A stretch of 14,957 bases of DNA from a virus (taxonomy: Duplodnaviria > Heunggongvirae > Uroviricota > Caudoviricetes), in IMG/VR virus record IMGVR_UViG_3300043466_001354; one strand, written 5' to 3'. Below the pieces are notes generated by a model, which was given only the letters and a program-made list of their open reading frames with translations, did not search any database and had not been told where the DNA came from. Below, in pieces: positions 6,909-14,613 of this stretch. The translations under genes and the position numbers were made by a program. The first letter of the stretch is position 1; each line of letters opens with the position of its first letter.

Positions 6909-8480
6909 ATGATAGTAGATTTTTTTCCATTTTTTGCTCCGTATGGCGAGCAAACACTAGAGCTGAGAGTAAATCTTCTTAAAGATTATGTAGACTATTT
7001 TGTGATTGCAGAGTCGAATAAAACACATAGCGGACAGAACGTCGAGAGAAAATTTAGTGAGATTGCAAAAAAACTAAATTTACCAGAAGATAAGATCGTA
7101 TATATAGAGCACGATATTCCAGAAGACGAAGATCTAGTGATTCTTCCTATCGACACCGCGGATATGAAAAACGATAGTCGTAACGAAATTGAATCAAAGA
7201 GAGCAAAGGTAAGAGAGCGCCTACAGAAAGATGCTCTTTTAATTGCGCTAGATAAGTTTGATGATGATACCGTGTTCATACATAGTGACGCTGACGAAAT
7301 TATAAAGCCTGAAGTTATTCAATATCTTTCTAACGTATGCAAGCAAAATCAAAATATTATTATTAAAGTTCCGTTGATATACTTAGAAGGAAGAGCAGAC
7401 CTTCGTGTTTGTTATAGTAATGGGTATCCAGTAGATTGGTCTGGCGGAATGTTTCTTGCTACGAAGAGTCAACTAAAAAAAATAAATCCTTCGAATATAA
7501 GATCAAATATCGGTAACCCATTTCCTGTTCATTATATAACAGAAAATGGACAACCCGTTAAAGATCTTGGATGGCACTTGTCATGGATGGGCGGAGTTGA
7601 AAATAGAGTTTTAAAAGCAAAAGTCTTTGCCCATTACAACGATTCGTTTGAATGGATGCGTAAAGAAGATAACAGTTCTATCAAATTTAGCGATGACTCG
7701 TTTATTGATTTTCTCAACAAAACTCCTCTTACTGAAGGTTCTGTTCCACCTTCTGGAAATAATGATCATGTTTTGAAAAAGTATCCAATAAGCGAGTTGC
7801 CAAAAATGATACTTGAAAGAGAGCATCTTAAAAACTTTTTCTTACCAAACTTTGATTACAAAGACTTGGATGTATTCGAAAAATCAGTATTAAACCCCTC
7901 TTCGATTATAAATCCTTATAAGAAGAGACTGTGGGTCGTAGATGACTTTTATCAAAATCCGGATGAAGTAAGGAAGTATGCTATGACTAGAGAATTTGAC
8001 GAGGGTGGCATAGGAAGAGGATACATTGGAAGAAGAACTCACAAACAGTACCTCTTTAACGGATTAAAAGACGAGTTCGAAAAGATCATGGGAATGAAGG
8101 TTACTAAGTGGGAACAGTATGGAATGAACGGTAGATTCCAGTACTGCTACGCAGGCGAACCTCTCGTGTATCACTGCGACGAACAGAAGTATGCAGGAAT
8201 GTTGTTTCTAACACCAGACGCGCCATATCAGACAGGTACATCTATGTTTGCACATAAAGCAACACGTATACGTCATAACTCGCATCCAGAAATTATGAGC
8301 ACATTCTCTGGTCATACTACTCTGGATAGAACTCCATACGAGCCAGTTGATGTGGTTGGAAACGTTTATAATAGACTAGTTATATTTGATGCTGGGTTGA
8401 TACACGCAGCGTCTGAATACTTTGGATATGCTTTAGAAAATTCACGTCTATGGCAAATGTTCTTTTTTGATGCGGAGTAA
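6909..8480 (+). CDS. Fusion of a GT17-like (GlcNAc-transferase III-like) glycosyltransferase and a 2OG-Fe(II) oxygenase (DUF6445-like), 523 aa
   Basis: N-terminal LELRVNLLKDYVDYFVIAESNKTHSG, E..QKDAL, SDADEI (DxD at D127/D129) and GWHLSW. C-terminal VVDDFY..PD.VR, HCD (H422/D424), NRLVIFDA..IH (H499) and SRL (R513), giving a complete facial triad plus 2OG-binding Arg. Confidence 0.75.
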   Translation: MIVDFFPFFAPYGEQTLELRVNLLKDYVDYFVIAESNKTHSGQNVERKFSEIAKKLNLPEDKIVYIEHDIPEDEDLVILPIDTADMKNDSRNEIESKRAKVRERLQKDALLIALDKFDDDTVFIHSDADEIIKPEVIQYLSNVCKQNQNIIIKVPLIYLEGRADLRVCYSNGYPVDWSGGMFLATKSQLKKINPSNIRSNIGNPFPVHYITENGQPVKDLGWHLSWMGGVENRVLKAKVFAHYNDSFEWMRKEDNSSIKFSDDSFIDFLNKTPLTEGSVPPSGNNDHVLKKYPISELPKMILEREHLKNFFLPNFDYKDLDVFEKSVLNPSSIINPYKKRLWVVDDFYQNPDEVRKYAMTREFDEGGIGRGYIGRRTHKQYLFNGLKDEFEKIMGMKVTKWEQYGMNGRFQYCYAGEPLVYHCDEQKYAGMLFLTPDAPYQTGTSMFAHKATRIRHNSHPEIMSTFSGHTTLDRTPYEPVDVVGNVYNRLVIFDAGLIHAASEYFGYALENSRLWQMFFFDAE

Positions 8481-8483
8481 GAA

Positions 8484-9230
8484 ATGAAGATAGTACTTGT
8501 AACCGGCGGTTTTGATCCAATTCACAGCGGTCACATCGCATATTTTAACGAAGCAAAAGAGCTCGGCGATATTCTAATAGTTGGAGTCAATAGTGACGAA
8601 TGGTTAACTCGTAAAAAGGGCCAGCCATTCATGAGTCTATCAGAAAGAGTTGCAATCGTTGAGAGCCTTCATATGGTCGATAGTGTCATGATCTTTGACG
8701 ATAGTGATGGCGGGGCATCAGAAGCAATTAAGTTGTGCCTAGGAAAGTTTCCTAATGATGAAATCATCTTTGCAAATGGCGGGGATAGAACGAATATTAA
8801 TATTCCGGAAATGAGTATTAAGGATGAAAGACTATCATTTGTATTTGGCGTCGGTGGAACTCATAAGATGAATTCGAGTAGCAAGATCCTCACTGAGTGG
8901 AAGACTCCAAAGACTGAAAGAAAGTGGGGATACTATCGTGTTCTTCACTCAGACGGTCCTTCTACGAAGGTAAAGGAGCTCGTCGTCGAACCAGGTAAGT
9001 CACTGAGTCTTCAGAGACATAAGTATCGAAGCGAACTTTGGTACGTGACGAATGGTACAGGTGCAATCCTACACAATGGAATAAGAAAACCTTTGAAGAA
9101 AGGTGACTTCGTCACCATTGTCGTAACCGACTGGCATCAACTCATTAACGACTCGTCTGAAGAACTCAAGATTGTTGAGATCCAGTATGGAGAGAACTGC
9201 TATGAAGAAGATATCGAACGCATCGAGTGA
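8484..9230 (+). CDS. HIGH-motif nucleotidyltransferase (cytidylyltransferase-like, HldE/RfaE domain II or TagD-like) fused to a type II phosphomannose-isomerase-like cupin, 248 aa
   Basis: GGFDPIHSGH, VGVNSD, ER..IV and FANGGDR, then R.WG.Y.VL, KVKEL.V.PG..LSLQ.H..RSE.W, HQL.N and IVEIQYGE...EEDI.R. GGAG at 8474-8477. Confidence 0.85.
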   Translation: MKIVLVTGGFDPIHSGHIAYFNEAKELGDILIVGVNSDEWLTRKKGQPFMSLSERVAIVESLHMVDSVMIFDDSDGGASEAIKLCLGKFPNDEIIFANGGDRTNINIPEMSIKDERLSFVFGVGGTHKMNSSSKILTEWKTPKTERKWGYYRVLHSDGPSTKVKELVVEPGKSLSLQRHKYRSELWYVTNGTGAILHNGIRKPLKKGDFVTIVVTDWHQLINDSSEELKIVEIQYGENCYEEDIERIE

Positions 9231-9264
9231 GTATATACTACCGGCCTGATAGATATTAAATCTA

Positions 9265-9292
9265 ATTATATCAGTAATTTCACATATGTCAA
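9265..9292 (-). promoter_or_regulatory. Consensus sigma70-type promoter on the minus strand, pointing into the enzyme cassette
   Basis: Minus strand reads TTTTTCTA-TTGACA-TATGTGAAATTACTGA(16 nt)-TATAAT: perfect -35 and -10, a TGn extended -10 and an upstream T-tract. Confidence 0.7.
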
Positions 9293-9317
9293 TAGAAAAA
9301 TGCGGTTCGTCTTCTTT

Positions 9318-9325
9318 TATAAATA
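9318..9325 (+). promoter_or_regulatory. T4-type late promoter TATAAATA
   Basis: Perfect consensus, intergenic, 37 nt upstream of ATG 9363. AGGA SD-like site at 9351-9354. Confidence 0.85.
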
Positions 9326-9362
9326 GAAGAAACAATCTTATCATTAAGCTAGGAAGCAATAA

Positions 9363-12300
9363 ATGGCTAAAGTACTTATCCCATCTTATACGTTTACACC
9401 ATCAACGGATACAATTGTCATTGATGGAATATATCGTTTAGAGAGATTCCTGCTTATCACGAATGTTACGGATAATCAAATCATTTTTTCGTTCGCTGAT
9501 TCAGCAAAGGGAATAAGTAACTACACCATTAACACGACTGCAGAAACCACAACTCTCGTCTTAACATACGACTGCAGTGCTATGAGTGCATCTGATAAGC
9601 TTCAGATCTTCGTTGAAAAAGACAATCAATCATTTGAGCCTAGTGAAACGTTTGTTGATCCTGTTTCAAAATTAAGAATAAGTCAACCAGAAAACCTAAT
9701 CGATACTGACTTCGAATACGGTCTTCAGTCAACTAAATGGGAGACTCTTGAACTCGTTAAGAATATTCCTACTTTCTATTCAAGAACTGGTGACACTTCT
9801 TTTAGTATTACTTCTATGTCTACAATTAATGGAAGCGATCTTGTCACTGTTGAACTTGGAGAAGTTCACAACTTTATTAGCGGAAGCCCAGTGATCGTTT
9901 CTGGTTCTAGAAGTATTTCTTGCGATGGCGGATTTGTTGTAACTAATATTATAAGTACAACTTCGTTCCAATACAAATCAAAGTCAATACAAAACTTTAC
10001 AGGAAGTATACTTGATACATTCACTCAGATCTTTGCTGGATCACTTTATCAAGGAACCGAATTTGATATTTCTGGAATTTCCGCAATCACAACGAGCGGA
10101 TCTGGAAATACTGCCCTAACTGTTACGACGGCATACCCGACAAATTTTACACCTGGAACCAGCTTCTTTTTAACAAACAGTAAAGGTGTTGTAGACTTAG
10201 ACATTGATGCGTCTCTAGTAGAAGCAAATAATTTTGTTACTAGCACGGTAACAAGCACAAACAATACTGCAACTGGAGAAACAGGTTCGTTTGCTCTTGG
10301 TGCAGTTCAGCCATATAACTACAGTGGAGACTCATCAAAAGGTTCACCTGTACTATACTTTAGAAATTCGGCAGTCACAATTGATGCTGGAGCTGGAGTT
10401 GAGACGATTACGTTTCCAACTGCTCATGGATTGTCGGATAACTTTCCATACGTGTATGTAGCTGGTGAAGGAAATACCGTAATCGGCGGTCTTACTACCT
10501 TTAACTGGTACTACGTAAGAGTGGTAAATCCTACAACTATATATCTTACCACTACAAGCGGAAGCACAACAAGAGTAAACTTGTCAGGAGCAGGAACTGA
10601 CGGTGGAGTTATGAGAAGCGCTTTCATAAGAGGCACAAGAGTTAGTGGCGTGGCCACTGCAACAGAAATTGTTACGTTCGTTGAACCGCACAATCTTACT
10701 AACTCTGATAATAACGTTCCACTTTTATTCTTTGGCCCAGGTGGAGCAGGCAACGTTTCCGTATCAACCGACCTTCTATCTTCTTACACTCCATATTATG
10801 TTTCGGTTGTCAGTGGTGCAACAACAATGACGATTAGAACTACACCTACGGGCGCAACTCTAAATATGACAACGACCACGAATGGTGCTGTGATGATTGC
10901 TGCGTCACTTCTTCCAGATTTTGATACGATATGGTTTTCAAATCACGGTTTTGAAACCGGAGACATAGCAACATATACTGTTCAATCTGGCACTGCCATC
11001 GGCGGTATTACATCTTCTACGGCTTACAGAATTGAAAAAGTTAATGTCAACAGAGTTAGATTTACGTCAGTTTCAAACGGCGCACAAATTAACCTTACTT
11101 CGTTTGGAAGCGCAGCTGGCCAGTATCGCATATCTGGAAATTATTCTATTTTAAACAATGATAGTATATTTGCTCCTAGTAATACACTTATAGACGGTTC
11201 TTCAGTATTGTACAACAATAATGGAAATTCTAATATCAGTGGTCTTACTAGTGGTGACTTTTACTATGTTTTTCAAAAATCACAGAACAATTTTAAACTT
11301 GCGACCACTACTGCTGGATTTAAGACCGTTGAGCGAACATTTACACAATCCTCTGCTGTTAACGTTTCGACTGACGTGATCACTACGGCTGTTGCTCACG
11401 GTTTTACAAACGGCGACGCCGTACAATACTTAAGCTCAACGCCGATATCTGGCCTTAGAAGCGGCGCATGGTATTGGGCAAGAATTGGGACTACAACAAC
11501 GCTTACTCTTCACTGGACAAAAGCCGGCGCAAATGCAAATACAGATCGTGTTGATATAGGCGGCCCTCTTAGTGGATCAGGATCTTTGCGCGCAGCAGAC
11601 TTGGTGGATATAGCGGCCTCCGGTACAGCCACACATACCTTCTCGGCTACGACGCCCGGTGCAGCAGATGGGGTGTATACGTTAGTGGATAATATAACTT
11701 CTAACACGTTTACGGTGTCTACAGCTAACGTTAGCGTGCCTTTGAGAATTATTAGTATAAATCCTAATCTGTTTTTAGATTTAAGTAAGAGTGCTTTCTA
11801 TTCGTTAACACACGGACTCAGAACCGGCACTGCCGTAGAATATAACACAACTGGAACTGCAATAGGCGGTCTTACAGATTCTACTACTTATTATGTGATA
11901 AGAGTGAGTAAAAACTGGTTTAGACTGGCGTCTTCTGAGCAAAATGCGATTGATGGTGTGTCAATTACTTTAACTTCGAAAGGTACCGGTACAGATCACA
12001 CCATAACAACTTCTACAGTATCCGGTGAAGTGCTAGGACCTGGAACAGTAACTATTACTGCTGGCGAGACTACAATCACTGGAACGGACACAAACTTTCC
12101 TTCATTGTTTACTCGAGGAAACGAGTTCTTTGTTTATGAAAGCCAAACTATAGGAGCGAACGTAACAGTAAGCAGTATAAACACAACTACAGACGTTATT
12201 ACAACCTCTGCTTCACATGGATATATTACAGAAGATGCAGTATTTGTGTCATCTGATTCGACGCCGGGTGGAATAACAGAAGATGGGATTTATTACGTAA

Positions 12301-14519
12301 ATGTCTTAAGTAGCACAACTCTTCAACTACACCCAACTCCAGCCACAGCGACCGCAAACACAAATAAAATCGATATAACATCAAGCGGAACTAGTGTTAT
12401 ACTAAATGAAATTATAGGTATTGGTGCGACGTACAACGCAACTATAGAAAGCATAAACAGTACAACTGAAATTATTGCACGAGAGAGTGTCGCAAACACC
12501 ACTCTTACGAGCTCTGAGTATGCTGTTGGTACATCTCTCTTGCTTCGTGCAGATGGCTTCGCTCTTCATAGACCATACGATGGCGGAGTTGAACTTATTC
12601 CGAGCACAAATCCAGACAGTACTATGATACGCCAGACACGTAAATATTTCCGTTATCAGTCTGGTAAGGGTATTCAAGTTAGCTTTGCTGTTAACTTTAG
12701 TCCAACCACTACTATTGACTCGATGGTGTATGACACTGGAAACACGGCAATAATAACGACTCGTTTTCCAAGTAGAGTGACAGAAGATTTGAGTATAACA
12801 GTAAGTGGAGCTACAGTTACTGCCGGACAAAATTATTGGAATGGGTCCTTTACGGTGGATAGCATCATAGACCCATATTCGTTTAGAGTCAACATCGGCG
12901 GCCAACCTGCCGATACTTTTGCGCTTGGTATTCCTGAGTACTATGTCAACACGTGGTCTAACAGTCTTCTAAAATGCGGCCTCTTTGATGATCAAAACGG
13001 ACTATATTTTGAATATGACGGTTCGGAACTATATTGCTGTCGAAGAAGCAGTACCCTTCAGATAAGCGGTACTGTATCTGTTCAGTTTAAGCAGGGTAAC
13101 GTTGTTGGAACAAACACGAAGTTTCTTTCTCAATTAAACGCAGGCGGTCGAATAGTCATCAAAGGCCAAACTTATGTCATATCAGAGATAGCAAGTAACA
13201 CTCTTCTTTACATACTTCCTAGTTATAGAGGAACGGATGCTACGAATGTAATCATTACAAAAACGATTGACACTAAAATACCACAGTCTCAGTGGAATAT
13301 TGACACCTGCGATGGAACCGGCTCGACTGGTTTCTATCTTAATACTAATAAGATACAGATGGCCTATATGGATTACAGCTGGTATGGTGCCGGTAAAGTG
13401 AGATTTGGTTTTAAAGATCAAAAAGGTAAAGTCGTATACGTTCATGAATTTATACACAATAATAAACAAAACGAAGCTTATATGAGATCTGGTAATATAC
13501 CAGGAAGATATGAGATTGAGAACGTTGGAGCTCCAACATATGTTCCGGCGCTAGCTCACTGGGGTACTTCTGTGATCATGGATGGAAGATATGACAACGA
13601 CCGTGCATACGTGTTTGCTGCAAGCTCGAATACACTAAGTATTTCAGGAACCGCGAGTATCGTAGCTAACGGTGCAATTGCAAATACTTCATTATACTAT
13701 GTTCTATCACAAGGCCAATTTAGAACAGCAAACTATGCTATTGAAGTTGTGACTCCAAGCACAGCATTAAACGCGATTCCTGCTGGCGTGTCTATAACTG
13801 GTAACGGAATTACTGGAAGACTAACCGCAAACCCACTGGACACTAGAACTACTCCATTCCAAGCGTACCTTCCAAGCGTTTCTTCAAGAATACAATTTCC
13901 AGGAAACGTCGCTTCTACTGCTACAAGAAACCTTATTCTATTGAACGGTCCTCCAACAGCAACTGCAGCAGCGAACAACTACACTGTAACTCTTTCTGCT
14001 GCAACTACTTCCGTTGTGTACGAACAACCTCTTATTAGCATTCGTCTAGCTCCTAGCGTTGACAACGGAACGCCAGGAAATCTTGGAGAAAGAGAGATCA
14101 TAAATCGTATGCAACTGATCTTAGATAGCGTTGGTATTCTGACGACTCACAGCTGCGAGGTTCTTCTGAAATTGAACGGCAAGTTGAATAACTATGACTG
14201 GAAGAGAGTTGCGAACCCGAGCTTGAGTCAACTTATCTATCACGATTCGTCGGATAGAATCACCGAAGGAACTACGGTGTATACGTTCAGAGCGCAGGGT
14301 ACATCGGGCACAACCGCTCGTTCACAAAACAATATCATAGTTTCTCTCGATGAAATCGCGACACTTGGAAACTCTATCCTCGGTGGAGACGGAACATTCC
14401 CAGATGGCCCAGATGTTCTAACTCTTGTTGTTAAGCTTTTAGAAGATCCTAGTAATGTTACCGCAGCAAATCCATTCGTGGTTGCTGGTAGAATAGGTTG
14501 GTCTGAATCTCAAGCTTAA
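9363..14519 (+). CDS. Large repeat-rich virion structural protein (fibre/appendage-like), 1718 aa
   Basis: Thr/Ser/Gly-rich and beta-forming. Driven by a late promoter and lies directly upstream of gp13. Carries about 7 H-G..G..V.Y...I.GL....YYV modules and motifs typical of T4-like virion proteins (LLITNVT, DPVSKLR.S.P..LIDTDFEYG, RQT..YFRYQ.GK, W.G.G.VRFGF). Exact role unknown. Confidence 0.8.
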   Translation: MAKVLIPSYTFTPSTDTIVIDGIYRLERFLLITNVTDNQIIFSFADSAKGISNYTINTTAETTTLVLTYDCSAMSASDKLQIFVEKDNQSFEPSETFVDPVSKLRISQPENLIDTDFEYGLQSTKWETLELVKNIPTFYSRTGDTSFSITSMSTINGSDLVTVELGEVHNFISGSPVIVSGSRSISCDGGFVVTNIISTTSFQYKSKSIQNFTGSILDTFTQIFAGSLYQGTEFDISGISAITTSGSGNTALTVTTAYPTNFTPGTSFFLTNSKGVVDLDIDASLVEANNFVTSTVTSTNNTATGETGSFALGAVQPYNYSGDSSKGSPVLYFRNSAVTIDAGAGVETITFPTAHGLSDNFPYVYVAGEGNTVIGGLTTFNWYYVRVVNPTTIYLTTTSGSTTRVNLSGAGTDGGVMRSAFIRGTRVSGVATATEIVTFVEPHNLTNSDNNVPLLFFGPGGAGNVSVSTDLLSSYTPYYVSVVSGATTMTIRTTPTGATLNMTTTTNGAVMIAASLLPDFDTIWFSNHGFETGDIATYTVQSGTAIGGITSSTAYRIEKVNVNRVRFTSVSNGAQINLTSFGSAAGQYRISGNYSILNNDSIFAPSNTLIDGSSVLYNNNGNSNISGLTSGDFYYVFQKSQNNFKLATTTAGFKTVERTFTQSSAVNVSTDVITTAVAHGFTNGDAVQYLSSTPISGLRSGAWYWARIGTTTTLTLHWTKAGANANTDRVDIGGPLSGSGSLRAADLVDIAASGTATHTFSATTPGAADGVYTLVDNITSNTFTVSTANVSVPLRIISINPNLFLDLSKSAFYSLTHGLRTGTAVEYNTTGTAIGGLTDSTTYYVIRVSKNWFRLASSEQNAIDGVSITLTSKGTGTDHTITTSTVSGEVLGPGTVTITAGETTITGTDTNFPSLFTRGNEFFVYESQTIGANVTVSSINTTTDVITTSASHGYITEDAVFVSSDSTPGGITEDGIYYVNVLSSTTLQLHPTPATATANTNKIDITSSGTSVILNEIIGIGATYNATIESINSTTEIIARESVANTTLTSSEYAVGTSLLLRADGFALHRPYDGGVELIPSTNPDSTMIRQTRKYFRYQSGKGIQVSFAVNFSPTTTIDSMVYDTGNTAIITTRFPSRVTEDLSITVSGATVTAGQNYWNGSFTVDSIIDPYSFRVNIGGQPADTFALGIPEYYVNTWSNSLLKCGLFDDQNGLYFEYDGSELYCCRRSSTLQISGTVSVQFKQGNVVGTNTKFLSQLNAGGRIVIKGQTYVISEIASNTLLYILPSYRGTDATNVIITKTIDTKIPQSQWNIDTCDGTGSTGFYLNTNKIQMAYMDYSWYGAGKVRFGFKDQKGKVVYVHEFIHNNKQNEAYMRSGNIPGRYEIENVGAPTYVPALAHWGTSVIMDGRYDNDRAYVFAASSNTLSISGTASIVANGAIANTSLYYVLSQGQFRTANYAIEVVTPSTALNAIPAGVSITGNGITGRLTANPLDTRTTPFQAYLPSVSSRIQFPGNVASTATRNLILLNGPPTATAAANNYTVTLSAATTSVVYEQPLISIRLAPSVDNGTPGNLGEREIINRMQLILDSVGILTTHSCEVLLKLNGKLNNYDWKRVANPSLSQLIYHDSSDRITEGTTVYTFRAQGTSGTTARSQNNIIVSLDEIATLGNSILGGDGTFPDGPDVLTLVVKLLEDPSNVTAANPFVVAGRIGWSESQA
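10398..12389 (+). repeat. About seven tandem 55-75 aa beta-modules within the 1718-aa protein
   Basis: Approximate copies: 10398-10595, a degenerate copy at about 10660-10890, 10923-11108, 11155-11318, 11367-11582, about 11790-11999 and 12186-12389. Consensus D.I....HG...GD.V.Y......I.GL.....YYV......L.L.....I....G. Protein-level similarity only. Confidence 0.75.
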
Positions 14520-14547
14520 TTACAAAGTGGATCTATTGCATTTTGAT

Positions 14548-14582
14548 AAAGTAAGGCTGTCGAATAGATCGCCTTACTTTTT
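14548..14582 (+). terminator. Possible intrinsic terminator after the 1718-aa gene
   Basis: AAAGTAAGGC (14548-14557) pairs with GCCTTACTTT (14571-14580) around a 13-nt loop, and the GC core is followed by a T5 tract (14578-14582). The loop is larger than typical and the 3' arm has an alternative partner. Confidence 0.5.
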
Positions 14583-14589
14583 ATAAATA
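14582..14589 (+). promoter_or_regulatory. T4-type late promoter TATAAATA for gp13
   Basis: Perfect consensus 24 nt upstream of ATG 14614. AAGGTGA SD at 14601-14607. Confidence 0.9.
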
Positions 14590-14613
14590 GATCAAAAAGT
14601 AAGGTGATCAAAC

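Noticed and set aside
3831-7826. Short alternative ORFs within the cassette (3831..4214, 4355..4567, 4410..4859, 6163..6414, 6176..6424, 6995..7279, 7611..7826)
   Set aside because: Fully nested in well-supported genes, with no recognisable motifs; consistent with antisense or off-frame shadows.
6909-8480. TET/JBP-type DNA hypermodification (oxygenase plus glycosyltransferase)
   Set aside because: Not favoured: the oxygenase does not look TET/JBP-like to me, no DNA-metabolism genes are nearby, and the context is late/structural. Kept only as an alternative to test.
9069-9359. Minus-strand 96-aa ORF as the product of the antisense sigma70 promoter
   Set aside because: Its ATG (9359) lies upstream of the promoter (9292-9265), so that promoter cannot transcribe it. 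No recognisable protein features.
9780-13978. Short ORFs nested in or antisense to the 1718-aa gene
   Set aside because: Shadows of a long codon-biased gene, with no RBS, promoter or motif support.
14535-14563. Possible second minus-strand sigma70 promoter (TCGACA-N17-TGCAAT)
   Set aside because: Only 5/6 and 4/6 matches, and the segment is already explained by the hairpin arms.
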